Shown one piece after another: positions 27,966 through 41,235 of a stretch of 64,000 nucleotides of DNA. The stretch is taken from contig CM119271.1 in assembly GCA_051294375.1 (NCBI GenBank), forward strand, positions 4,181,398 to 4,245,397, written 5' to 3'. Origin of the DNA: Paraspadella gotoi (lineage: Eukaryota; Animalia; Chaetognatha). Each line of letters opens with the position of its first letter. Position 1 is the stretch's first letter. The notes beneath the pieces were generated by a model. The model had not been told where the DNA came from, did no database searches, and saw only the letters and a program-made list of their open reading frames with translations. A program made the translations under genes and the position numbers.

Positions 27966-29096
27966 TTATCTAAATCGCGTGACACGTATATCGCAAAACC
28001 TATCGGCGTTCGTTGCCTTGACTACGGTTGCCCTCAGTTGACAGCGTCGGCGAACGTTGGCATCGGCGCCGGAAGGGTTAAATCCGGCGAGAGGTTTACT
28101 CCGGCAACGGTGGGAGTTTGCGCCGGCATTCGCATCGGCGAAGGGTTACCTCGGCTGTTCCTGATTCGGTCAAACTTTGAAGAGCAGAGCAGTGGCATGC
28201 TGCTGTCGATGACTATGCAGCTTTATATGCTGCAATTAATGCTGCAGTTGATGCAGAGATTGATACTGCTGTTAATGCTGTAGCTACTTAGTCGTCTAAG
28301 TTTTCTTCGTCATCGCAGGAATTGCCGAGTTCAGCTCGGATTACTGCAAGTCAAGCTAATTAGCTTTATTAGTTAAAAACAAGAAAAAAAGATTTTGCTT
28401 CACCTCCCTCCTTCTCCTTCTCCTCTTCCTCCTCCTCCTCCTCCTCCTTCTCCTCCTCCTCCTCTTCCTCTTCTTCCCAATCAACCACACCCAATGTCTC
28501 GTCAGTCGCCATCTTTGGCGTTGAGATGCCGATAAATCGGCGGNNNNNNNNNNNNNNNNNNNNNNNNNNNNNNNNNNNNNNNNNNNNNNNNNNNNNNNNN
28601 NNNNNNNNNNNNNNNNNNNNNNNNNNNNNNNNNNNNNNNNNNNNNNNNNNNNNNNNNNNNNNNNNNNNNNNNNNNNNNNNNNNNNNNNNNNNNNNNNNNN
28701 NNNNNNNNNNNNNNNNNNNNNNNNNNNNNNNNNNNNNNNNNNNNNNNNNNNNNNNNNNNNNNNNNNNNNNNNNNNNNNNNNNNNNNNNNNNNNNNNNNNN
28801 NNNNNNNNNNNNNNNNNNNNNNNNNNNNNNNNNNNNNNNNNNNNNNNNNNNNNNNNNNNNNNNNNNNNNNNNNNNNNNNNNNNNTCTCTCTCTCTCTCCA
28901 AAACTTTCTATTTTTCTCTCTTTGAAACCTTTATTTTCTAGACAAGTTTTATTAACTATTAACGATTAACTATATTCTATTACTTGGTAAACAAAAAGAC
29001 GTTTTTCTCTCTTTGTTGTCGCATCTAATTCCGTTTGAGATTTTCCGTGAAATTGACTTCCTTCATTTCCTTCACTCTTCGTTCGATCATTCTAAA

Positions 29097-29135
<39 letters not shown>

Positions 29136-29140
29136 GTCGA

Positions 29141-29187
<47 letters not shown>

Positions 29188-29288
29188 TAAGAAAGATAGA
29201 AAGAAATAATGAAAGAATGAATTTTTTTAGCCACGTCCACATTTTCCCTCGCAATCACCGAGTAACTTATCCTTTGTCTCTCTCTCTA

Positions 29289-29376
<88 letters not shown>

Positions 29377-29432
29377 AGGTCACGCTTAATGAAGATCGCG
29401 ATCTCGTCTTTGCGGTTTGACCTTTCCTCCTC

Positions 29433-29511
29433 GACCCTGTCGGACCGACCTTGTCGGACCGACCTTGCCGGATCGACCTTGCCGGATCGACCTTGCCAGA
29501 TCGACTTAGCC
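29433..29511. repeat. 14-bp tandem repeat GACCTTGYCGGAYC, 5-6 units
   Basis: Units start at 29433, 29447, 29461, 29475 and 29489. Confidence 0.9.
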
Positions 29512-31086
29512 ATTTTGATCCTGATCGGCTTGACCTTGCCGCCTCGATCACGACGGTTCCAACTAACCGGTTTGACCTGGAACCCGGTTCGGACTGACCC
29601 GCTTCAACTTTTGGGTGGGGAAATGATGCGCTAACGAGGTCCGTGAGGAATGACGATGAAATGATGTCTTGAGACATGAGAGGGAAAAAGGGTATTTTTA
29701 ATCGCGATGATGCTTCATACGCTGTATTTTGTATACCGTATACGCATTACACAGTATACATATACAGCATATACAATATTTAATGCCAGAAAATAACGCA
29801 TCGAAAAGACGCTTTGCTTGTTTTTGAAAATAACTACTAAAATAATAGGTTAAAAAATGAAATGAACTTGTCTATAAAAAGCGATAATTTTAAATGATAG
29901 GTTCTAAACAAAAAAAAAATAAATGGCCATTGGCCAATGGAGACTTTAAATTAAAGTCACAAAGATAATTTTAACGCTACGAAAAAAAAAACTGCATGCA
30001 AATTTCGCAGTCGTACTGACCTCCCGGAAGATTCCGTGGATGACGCTAATTTCGCAGATTTGAAGGAGAAAAGAAAGAGAAGAGGAAGAGGGAGAGAAAA
30101 GCCTGTTGGGAGAAAGGGAGGAATTTGTATTATGAGTTGAAGGTCGGGACGAAACGAAACGAAATACAATTATGTTTATATCGTTTAGTTAAATAGTAGC
30201 TTAAATTTCATTGTAGTAATTTTAATCAATGTGAGAACTAAGTTATTAGTAAATACAGCGAACTACGACTTTTTGTTTCTCGCAAAATCGCAACTGATGT
30301 TTTTGTTTGTTTTTTTTGTTTTAAAACAAAAATTAAGAAATATATTAACTAATAGTAACAGTATTAAAGATGTATCACTCGTCATAAAATAATTGAGCTC
30401 CGTCTTTAATCAGTCATAAAAGGTCAGAAAGGTATTAGTAAACTAAAGCGAAAACTTCGACTGTTCATTCTTTATTTCCTAATTATTTAATTGTTTATCT
30501 GTTTTCGATATTCGTTCATATTGTTTCGACCTCCGTTTCCGGTTGACCCTTCGTTTAATAATTTGTTTTTTTCTCTCTTCTACCGATAATCCCCTCATTT
30601 TTCGCTCCATCTCTCTCCTTCAGATTTAGTGCTTGATCCGTTTATCCGATCTACTCATTCGCCCTTTTTTTTTTAGCGTCTTAGCTCCACTTAGCCGCTC
30701 CACTTATCCGCTCTTTGTATCTTCTCCTTTTATGTCTTCGCTATCCCCACTCTCGCTACGCACAAATACATAATATTTTTTCTGTATTTTTTTTACCATT
30801 TTAGACTTATCCTATTATTTTTTTCTTTTAAGATTTTCTTGCTCCTCATTTTTTCTCGAAATTTTTACCTTTTTTTTTTTACCTTTTTTTCCCCTTTCCT
30901 CCTTTTCCTAATTTCCCAATATTCTATCATCCATCTCTATCTTCATTTCAAGCCCTCCGTCCATCCATCTATCCATCCGTCCGTCCGTCCATCCATCTTT
31001 CCATCTCTGCCCCGATTTAACGAGTTTCTCAATATCCTTTCCCCTCCGCTTTTCCGATACAAGTTATCCTTCTCCGTCGATATTTC

Positions 31087-31172
<86 letters not shown>

Positions 31173-31290
31173 ACACACACTCGCACAAACCACAAAAAAA
31201 AGTCAGATTTTTATCTCAGAGTTGTGCCAATATTTTTTTTCCCTCTCTCTTGTTCATTTATTCCGGTCATAAAAAGAAAGACTATAACCG

Positions 31291-31341
<51 letters not shown>

Positions 31342-31832
31342 CTCTTTTTTTAATTTTTATTTTTTCCCTTTTTTTTTCATCTTTATTTTTCTTTTTTCTT
31401 TTTCTCTCTCTCCCTCTTCCTCTTCATTTTATTCTTCTTCTTCCTTCCTCGTTTTTACGACATTTTGTCCGAAACGAGTCTCCGTGGGCACCATGAAAAG
31501 TCACGTGACCGCGCGACTGTAAAGAACCGCGCAAAAACTTTTCCAAGACTTTAATCCTCCATGTTTATCTCCGAACCAGACTCCCCTCTCCCCCCCCCAC
31601 ACTCGTATCCTAGCGACGCGAATGTCGTTGTTGTGGTTGTTGTCGTTGTCTCTCGTTGTCCTGGTTTCCAGAGCAAGCGGTCGCAAAGGGATTCGTCGAC
31701 TTTATCCCACAAATTTTTGTTGCCGTTTTTGATGTTATCTCTTTGTGATTGTTGTTGTAGAATATTCCAATTTGGTTTCGTTTATTGTTCTCGAACGGCA
31801 ATCAAATTTCCTCGTTTGCTAGGAGAAAAATA

Positions 31833-32160
31833 AGTTGCGCCGCAGTGAGCGCCTTGGCACGTGTATTTCTCGTGACATAACGTGACGTGACATGACGTGA
31901 CGTGACATGACTACATGACTGCAATAACTTTCTTAGTCCGTGTATTTCAGACACGCACTGCATCAGAATTTTTTTCTTTTTTTATTCTTTACAGTTTTAG
32001 GATTTCCTGAAGACGGCGCTAGCACTCCCTTAGATTTCAGGTTTTTTCCTGTCTTTACAAACGAACAACCAACTATAGGCGAGTTATGAGCATGTTTAAC
32101 GTAAGTGGAACAGACCGATTGACAGACATACCGACCGACCGACCGACAGACCGACCGAAA
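31833..32160 (-). mobile_element. HINE-like copy 5, both extremities truncated
   Basis: gttgcgccgcagtg, (ACGTG/ACATG)n, ttagatttcagg core and (GACC)n are present; the 5' palindrome is absent. Confidence 0.8.
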
Positions 32161-32250
32161 AAAAAAGGAGAAATTTGAAAGAGAGAAAAATGAAAGAAGA
32201 AAGTAAGTTTGCTTCGCGTCGCAGGTGCCGAACGCGACGACGCGATACTT

Positions 32251-32445
32251 ACCCGCCGTCCAAGTGCACCTGTTATACGGCGTCTCTTTTTTTGTTTCTC
32301 CGCCTCCCTGCTGATCCCAGACCTGGGAAAGGCGAAAAGGCGGCGACGTTGGCGAACTAAGTGACTTTTTGCCTCACTCGCTCGAAGCTGCCCGCTTTAT
32401 AGAGAGGGAGAGGTCAAACGTTCAAGTCCCGTTCCTTACTCGCTG
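32251..32445 (-). promoter_or_regulatory. Candidate TATA promoter with a short non-coding first exon
   Basis: Minus-strand TATAAAG (32401-32395), Inr-like TCACTT about 39 nt downstream (longer than canonical spacing) and a strong donor G|gtaagta at 32252; related sequence at 43063-43153 (+). Confidence 0.3.
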
Positions 32446-32562
32446 ATCCTTGCCTTTGAATTTACCAAATTGCCTGATATTAGAAATTTCCTCGGTATTT
32501 TTGTAGTCGGGCATTGCCTAAGTTCACCCCGCCTATAAGCATGACTCTTTCAGTTGTGACCC

Positions 32563-32745
32563 GATGGCTCATTGAGTAAAGCCATCAGCTCATGACCACT
32601 AGGTACCGGGTTCAATCCCAACCCGGTACCTACCCTCCGGGAAGAGTGAGGACGGCCTTAAGCCACCTTGGGGGCGTGGCAAACCCTCAAGCCTGGTTCC
32701 AAGCCCAGGACCCGTTCCATGTCTGCTAGAGGGGGTTATAGAAGT
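32563..32745 (+). mobile_element. tRNA-derived SINE-like element with a structured body
   Basis: A-box-like TGGCTCATTGAG and B-box GGTTCAATCCC; inverted homologue at 42121-42250; contains ctggttccaagcccagga...gagggggtt. Confidence 0.6.
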
Positions 32746-34964
32746 TACGGATAGTCATCTTCTGCCCACTTAGCGCCTTATCCACATTTTTTTTTAAGGC
32801 TGCTTCGTTTCCTAACTCCCTTAGGCCACGGTGGAGTTGGAGAGAAAAATGGCGAACAAAATGAGATTGAAATCGGAAAAGCGAATGGAATCGAATTGGC
32901 TAATTACACAATGCGTCACTCATTTTATAGTAGGGAAAGAGAGAGAGAAAAAGATATTTGGAAAAAAAAAAAAAAAAANNNNNNNNNNNNNNNNNNNNNN
33001 NNNNNNNNNNNNNNNNNNNNNNNNNNNNNNNNNNNNNNNNNNNNNNNNNNNNNNNNNNNNNNNNNNNNNNNNNNNNNNNNNNNNNNNNNNNNNNNNNNNN
33101 NNNNNNNNNNNNNNNNNNNNNNNNNNNNNNNNNNNNNNNNNNNNNNNNNNNNNNNNNNNNNNNNNNNNNNNNNNNNNNNNNNNNNNNNNNNNNNNAAATA
33201 AGCTATCTTGTCCCTGACTTTGGACAGGCTTTTTATATAATACTACCAAGGATCTCCAATCCAAACTCAATTACTCGTCCGCCCATTTCGTATCCTTACC
33301 TTACCTTACCTTACCTTCCCAAAGACTTAGAACCTGTGATCCTTGCACTTCCCCCTTCACAGATAAATCTTGCCGCAATCCCAGCGTCGGAGAATAAAAT
33401 AAATCCCGCTTCTGTTACTAACAGTGTTAGAAAATGTCATCGAATCAAAAAATCAAAAAAAAATCCTAGCTCCGTCAAAGAATTTTGCCGTGGCTCAAAA
33501 AAAAACCTAACAAGATCCGGATAATTTAAAGTCGCCCGGCGGAAACTCCAGCAAAGAGCGGGTAATCTCGGTACCGGAAGAGAATCTCGGCACTCGGCAT
33601 CTCTCCTATTCTTCTTCTCTTTTACCAAATCCTTTCTTCCCTTCTCTTTCTTCTCCTCTTTTCCTCCTCTCTATATAACAATTCTTTTTCTCATCCCTCT
33701 TTACTTATTTTTTTTTGTATTCTTTATTTACGCCTTATTTTTTTTATATCAGCTTTTCGTCTTAATTTCTCTGTCTTACTTTCTACCACACCACACGGAT
33801 TTTTGCAAACTTCATCCCATCATCTTTACGGATTCCTCCAACTCCACCCCCCCCCGAAATTCCATCAAGCTCCAACCCCCACCAGCTTTTCATCTCTCCA
33901 TCTCATCTCACTCCACCCCCAGAGTTCCTCCAGTTCCATCTACATTACAAAATATTTCCTTAATTTTCAACTATACATATTTCTTTCCTTTACTTTCTTT
34001 TCCTTCTTAGCTTTCTTTGCTTTTTCCGCTTTTTCTCCGCCATTCCTCCTTATTTTTCGTCCGCTCCAACACCAAAGCTACTTTTTTTTCGTTTTTCTAC
34101 TTCTGCCAATTCCACAACAGGATTTGGTTCCATTATTTCTTCTTCTTTCTCAATTCCGTATTTTCTTCAAACGCCACCCTTACCGCCTCCTCTTCCTCCT
34201 CCTCCTCCTCCTCCTCAACTCCGTCCCCGATATTTGATTGACGTCGTAAAGACGTTTTACGAACACGCGTTCTTCCTTTCTTTCCTTTCTTTCCTTTTTT
34301 TTTGGCCTTTTTTTTTCGAAAAGGAATTTTTTGTTCTTCTTCGCGCAAGCGACTTACTACCGCTTTTATGTTTTTTTTGGTTAATTTATAAAAAAACATT
34401 TTAAAATGTTTAAATTACATAGCATTTTTATAAATGTTTTAAAAATGATAAAGTAAATAAAGTAATTTTTTTTAAAAGTCACAACGATATTTAACATCAA
34501 AAATCTAAGTTTTTTTGGTAAAAATGATAAAAGTAAAAACTTAAATTTCTAATATATACAGTATCGGAAACCTAGAATGTCGTAAGACTGTACATGGAAT
34601 AACTTTTCTATTTATAGGTACACAAATAGTATATCATCAAACCTTAAAAAATATATCATCAAACCTAATTTTTAATGAATTTTAAATACAACTACTGAAT
34701 TAAAAAAATATTTTTTAAAAGCTGTTTAAAGCTTATAATATTTCCGGCCATTTTCAAGTCAGGCCGGAGCCATTGGCTTTTCTTTTGAGTTCCCCAAAAC
34801 CGAAATGACTTTCTCTTCCGTTTGGCAAAAACACGAGAAATTGTTACTTCGTACTATTCGGTTTGGAGTTTGGAAAGGAGGGCGCCGTAAAAGGTTTTAT
34901 GAAACGCATCTGAACCACGACGAAATTGGGACTTTTTACTTTTCTTGACTCTACAATGAAATGT

Positions 34965-35511
34965 AAAACAAAAATAAAGTTACAATCACAAATTTTCATT
35001 TGTTTGATATTTAAACGAATCANNNNNNNNNNNNNNNNNNNNNNNNNNNNNNNNNNNNNNNNNNNNNNNNNNNNNNNNNNNNNNNNNNNNNNNNNNNNNN
35101 NNNNNNNNNNNNNNNNNNNNNNNNNNNNNNNNNNNNNNNNNNNNNNNNNNNNNNNNNNNNNNNNNNNNNNNNNNNNNNNNNNNNNNNNNNNNNNNNNNNN
35201 NNNNNNNNNNNNNNNNNNNNNNNNNNNNNNNNNNNNNNNNNNNNNNNNGTTTTTTTTTTATTTCTTTTTTTTTTCTCGAGTTTGGCTTCGCGATCGACGA
35301 ACGTCCATCTTTCTGGGATTTGCCCTTTTCTTTGGCTTTTTGTCCTCAATGTTTGTTTGGATCTGTTTTGCTTTTCAATTTGTTTTTTTTTATTGTTTTC
35401 TTACAATTTATGGTTTTCTTTTCTCGAAGCTCATTCGTTCCTTCTTTCACTAGAAGTCGGAAGATTTCGTATTTGTTATTTTTACTGATGGTTTGGTTTT
35501 CCTTTGGTCTG

Positions 35512-35610
<99 letters not shown>

Positions 35611-36310
35611 AATACATTCAGTCTCCCTTCATTTATCTTCTCTTCTCTTTTCTTTTATCCCCTCATGTTTTCTTTAAAAGAGGAAGATTAAAACAAAAAT
35701 AAGGTTACACAAATTTCATTTGTTTGATAGTTTAAACGAATCCAATCTGAATAAAATATAATCGTTTGGTAGATATTTTATTTCTTGCAGTAATTTTTGA
35801 TAACGTTAGTGTTAATTAAGTAAAAGTTTAAGAGTTGAGTCTCAGTTAAAATCCGAACTTCTCGGATAAATTGACTGAGTAGAATTTTTGAATCTTCGGT
35901 TTTTTTTTATTTCCTTTTTTTTTTCTCGAGTTTGGCTTCGCGATCGACGAACGTCATCTTTCTGGGATTTGCCCTTTTCTTTGGCTTTTGTCCTCAATTT
36001 TGTTTGATCTTTTTGCTTTTCAATTTGTTTTTTTTTTATTGTTTTCTTACAATTTATGGTTTTCTTTCTCGAAGCTCATTCTTCCTATTTTCACTAGAAG
36101 TCGGAAGATTTCGTATTGTTATTTACTGATGGTTGGGTTTCTTTGGTCTGTCTTCTTTTTTTTTTTTTCTTTCCTTCTTTCTTTCTTCTTTTTCTTTCTT
36201 TTTTCTTCTTTCTCTTTTGTCTTTAATCTTTCTTTTCTTCTTTCTATACATTCAGTCTCCTTCATTTATATCTTCTCATTCCTTTTCTTTTATTTCCTCA
36301 ATTGTTTTCT
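34965..36310. repeat. Tandem duplication of ~650-700 bp (34965-35665 and 35689-36310)
   Basis: Both copies start aaaacaaaaataa(a/g)gttaca and share ctcgagtttggcttcgcgatcgacgaacgtc. The second copy spans the N gap of the first and differs mainly by indels. Confidence 0.9.
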
Positions 36311-36360
36311 TTTAATAATGCCCATCTCTCTCTCATCTCCCTCCTCTTTCTCGTTCATCG

Positions 36361-36397
<37 letters not shown>

Positions 36398-37468
36398 CTC
36401 TTCTTCTCTCTCTCCTCTCTTCTCCAGCTCCCTCACCCCTTCTTCCCTCCCCTGTTCCCTCTCTGCTTTTCCACTGTCTCATTTGTCTTCACCAACCACG
36501 CTCGCACACGTTTCTCCCCTGCCGTCGATTACGGCGAACAACGAAGCTCTGAATGTTTATGTTTTTGTTCTGTCTCCTAACGATGTTTTTTTTTTTTTCT
36601 CCGCTCGGCGCGATCGAGTGCCCTAAATTAACTACGGGTACTCCTCTTGGGCTGTCTCGACGCATCGCCGCCTCAAATAAGGTGTGTATTTCTATGTTAT
36701 ATTATATCCCGAGGAGAAACTCGCTCCCACTCCTCTGTTTCTTTTCTCCCTCTCCTTCTCCTTCTCTCCCGTGTCAGTGTCTCCTCTCTCTCTCTCTCTC
36801 TTCTCCTTGCTCGGGATCCGTCTCTCTTCTCTCTCTTTCTCTCTCTCTCTCTATTCTCTTCTCTCTCCTGCTCTCTCTCTCTCTCTCTCTTTTTCTCTCT
36901 CGCCTTCTCTCTCTCTCTCGTTCTCTCACGNNNNNNNNNNNNNNNNNNNNNNNNNCTCTCTCTCTCTCTCTCTACGGAAAAACCTTTTCCGTGTCGCTTC
37001 GTCTCATGAATTATTCAACGCTGAATTGACACGCGTTTCCGTTTAACAAAAATTTACCCGTTGCGCCATCTAACGTCGGCGAGGTGCTCTTTCATTTTTT
37101 AACGCGGTTTTTTTTTTGTTGCTATGAGAATATATTTGATTATAAATACATTAGTAAATGTTTTAAACAAAGATTAATTTATATACTTCAGTTTTACGTC
37201 CACGGAAAAGATTTGTTAAAAATATGGACATAAAATATTGACTTAAAATACTTAAAATCAAGTCAAGTTTAAAATCTTTTATAGGGAAATTAAATGAAAT
37301 AAATTAGATTAAGATAAATTAGATTATATTAAATTTGAATTCAAATCTTTTGCCTAGGTACGGTGGGTTATACGAAGAGGCGACGGAAAAACCGCGAGAT
37401 AGAAATAAATAACCGGAGTTCGTTTCCCGCCAAAATGTCATTTTTAATTAAGTTGCCGCGTTATTGGA

Positions 37469-37509
<41 letters not shown>

Positions 37510-37724
37510 GAAAAAGGTAAAGGGGATAATTAAGAAAGTGGAACGAGGTAATAAAGACTGGTGAAGAAGATAATTGGGTGAGTGAGACTGAGATGGATAC
37601 AATTGGGTGAGATACTCGACCTCGGTATAATTAATACGACGCCGATAAAGTTAAGGGGTTTGGCCTCGCCTTTAAGAAGGTAAAGTATGGAGAGAGGGAG
37701 AGAGGGACTGAGAGAGTGAGAGAG

Positions 37725-37763
<39 letters not shown>

Positions 37764-37895
37764 AAGAGAGAGGAGAAATTAAAAAATTAAGAAAACTGAG
37801 GAAAAAATTAAAATGAAATAAGAATGGAATGAAATAGAAAATGAAAAAAAAACCGCTAAGCTCTGGAGGTGGAGGGAAGAGAAGAGAGAGAGAGA

Positions 37896-37950
<55 letters not shown>

Positions 37951-39229
37951 AAGACAGATCGAGAAGAACAGATTGAGAGAGAGAGAATCGCTGAGTGAAA
38001 AAATAAGTAGAGATGTTATGTTTTTTAGTTTTGAAGCGGCCTCCCCAATTTTGAAAATTTGGCTTCTCTCGAATTACACCCGGGTGTAACTTAAAAGAAA
38101 GTCTCAGCTTTTTTGCTTTGAGGGCAATCACGAACCTGAATGAAAAATGGGAAGAAGGTGTGTAAGTCTCGAGAGAAAAAAAAATGGTTGGAAAAAAAAA
38201 AAACATAATGTGAGAGAATGAAAAATTTAAGATTGGTAAAATTAAAATATCGTTTCAATAAAGATAAAAAGAATAAAATAAGTTTTGATACTTTTTTTTT
38301 CTTTTTTCTCTTCCGAGTATTTTCTCTTCATTTAGTTCTTCTTGTTTCTTTTTCGATCTGGCGTATCACACTCCTCTTCCCCTCTCCTCCTCCATGCTCC
38401 TCTTCCTCCTCCCTCCTCCTCCTCCTCCTCCTCTCAAAGAGGTACTAACGTCATCCCCCAAGAAAATAGTAAAATTGAGCTCAATAATGCAAAAATCAAC
38501 CTGAAAAATTAAAACAAAACGAGGCGAGACGCGAAAAAAAAATAATATAGGACGTGAAGACGCGGGATGGAGGGAGGGAAGGAAGGGAGGGAGGAAGGGA
38601 GGAGAGGAGGAGGTATAGTGAAGCGCCTTTTTTTCGAACCCACTTTTGTCGACTCGCAAACGTCGAAAAGTCGCTGCGACTGATTTTTTACTGGTCGAAA
38701 AGTCGAATTCGACGTGAAAATCAGTCGAAATTAACATTGAAGAGGCTCTCTGGTCGAATTCGACTCAGAATATGATGGACTCTCCTCTCTTTTCTCCTTT
38801 CTTCTTTTTCGCTCTCTAATAATATACACATAATCCACGATATTGCCATGTACATGTTAACAATTTTAACAAGCGCGGCAAACCATTTGCAAATATTATT
38901 ATTTATAGTAAAGAGTAAAAGACCTGGGAAAAAAAGATTTAAGATAGCCAATCAAAAATTTGAATATAAATCTTAAAATTTACCCTCCAGCTATTTATTT
39001 TAGGAAAGGATGTTTTCATTTACATTTTGAAATATATAAATTAAAAACCATTGAATTTACGGTATGAATTCATAATGAATGAATTCACAGATCATTAATG
39101 GATAAATTCAATTCAGAATGTTCGGTTAAAAATGGAAGAATGATTATTAAGAAATGAATTCATATAGATGAATTTGTTTAATGCAGTATCGAAGAAACAC
39201 ATTCCAGGTTTAATAAAACTCTTTCTCTC

Positions 39230-39650
39230 TCTTTGAAGTGAATCTGGGGAATGAATCTATAATTAAATACAAATATATTTTTCATAATTTTCCTGATTAC
39301 AACAAAATGATTTGATAAGTGAATCTGATTAGTGAATTCATATTACAGTGGGGATTTTTCTTATGAAATTGGATCAGTCATTTAGTTAGTATCTCTTTAA
39401 ATGTTTCTATCAGTGTATGCACAATGAATAGTTTTCTTACTGACAGGATGAATTCATGTTATCAATTCACCTCATGAATTAACGCCACGATTTGATAAGT
39501 GAATCTGAAGGAAAGAGTTTTTGTCAGCAGATTAATACGGGTCAATAGAGAGTAACCTTCAATGTTTTTATTAAGGTTCTGCAAGGAATAGTTTTCTGTA
39601 CTGTGAGATGAATTCATGTATAATTAATTCACCTGCATGAATTACCGAGA
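39230..39650. repeat. Degenerate ~170-180 bp tandem repeat rich in TGAATTCA
   Basis: gatttgataagtgaatctga at ~39309 and ~39489; gaatagttttct..actg...gatgaattcatgt at ~39426 and ~39586. Confidence 0.7.
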
Positions 39651-40623
39651 AATGAGAAGATTTACAATGAGTTTATCCCCAAGATCATAAGAGGAGGAGT
39701 AAGAGGAGAAGTAAGAGGAGGAGTAAGAGGAGAGGAACAGGGTGTCTCTGAAAACAAACAGGAGTGTATTTACAATGTAAATGAGGAGCATGAATTCAGA
39801 AAATCATGAAATCATGATTTCATTGGGTAAGATCTCGGTGGTAGTCGAATTCATAGTCGAAAAACAGCGCTTCACTATAAGTGGGAGGGAGGAAAGGAAA
39901 GAAGTAGGAGGGGAGTGGAGGAAAGGAAAGAAGAGGGGGGTGAGGAGGAAAGAGAAGGAAGGTGGAAAGGAAAGAAAAAAAGGGAGGGAGAGGTAAGAAG
40001 ACGAAAGAGAAATAACACTCTGGGAGAAAGACCGAGAGTCTATGGATGCCTGGGAAAAAAATAAAGCTTTCGCGTCTAAGACGATTACGACGACGAAGGG
40101 GACAAAGACGACGACGAAGATGAAGAGACGACGAGCGATGACACGACGACGGACGACGAACGGCGATGACGACGAAGACTACGACTGGACGAAAGACGCC
40201 AAGGGTAATATGACGAGGACTCCTAGGTCGAGAGGACGAAAGAAGAGGAGAACGAAGCGGACGACGACGACGATGACACGACGAGACGACGACGACGACG
40301 AGAACGACACGACGGACGACGACGGACGACGATACCAAGGAAAACGTACGAGGACAAGGACGAACCCAAGGAGATATGCAAAAACCCGAGAACAATATAG
40401 CGATAAAAGGGAGAAGAGAAAAAAAAAACATAACGTGTGAAGAAAACAAAGGAGGAGGAAGGAGGAGGAACAGGAAGAGGAGGAGGGAGGAGGAGGAGGA
40501 AAGGGTCAGAATTGAGAAAATATGTGGAAGAGAAAAAAACGAGAAGCAGATGTAAAGAGGCAGAGAAGAAAGATAAAGAAAAATCTAAGAAGGAAAGAAG
40601 AAGGAAATATCTGGAGAGAGAGC

Positions 40624-40687
<64 letters not shown>

Positions 40688-41089
40688 AACAGAGACAGAG
40701 ACAGAGACAAAGCCAAGGAATGAGAAGGAGATCAAAGAAAGAGTCTTTTTCATTTAATTCTTCTTCTTAATCATTTTTATTCAGACTTTTTATTTTTTTC
40801 TTTCTTTTTACTTTTTTTCTCTCATCTTTTTTTTAATAATTTTTCTTGGTTTTTTTTTCTCTCGATGGAATTCCGCGCAAGAAATCAGGGAACACAATTC
40901 AATCAACTGAAATGGAGGGGAGCGAGAGAGAGAGAGAGAGGAGGGTGAGGGGAGAGAAAGAGAAAAGAAAGAGAAGAGAAGGAGAGAATGAAGAAGAGAG
41001 AAGAAGAGAAGAAGAAAAGAGAGGAGAGAGAGAGAGAAAAAGAGAAAGAGATGAAAGAGAGAGAGAGAGAGAGGAGAAAGAGAGGAAAG

Positions 41090-41178
<89 letters not shown>

Positions 41179-41203
41179 AAAGAGAGAGAGAGAAAGATGA
41201 AGA

Positions 41204-41235
<32 letters not shown>

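Noticed and set aside
32245-32256. U1 snRNA 5' end (atacttacc)
   Set aside because: The match stops after 9 nt; it is better explained as a minus-strand splice donor.
32563-32640. Functional tRNA gene
   Set aside because: A and B boxes are present, but there is no acceptor stem or anticodon arm, and the homology with 42121-42250 extends well past a tRNA.
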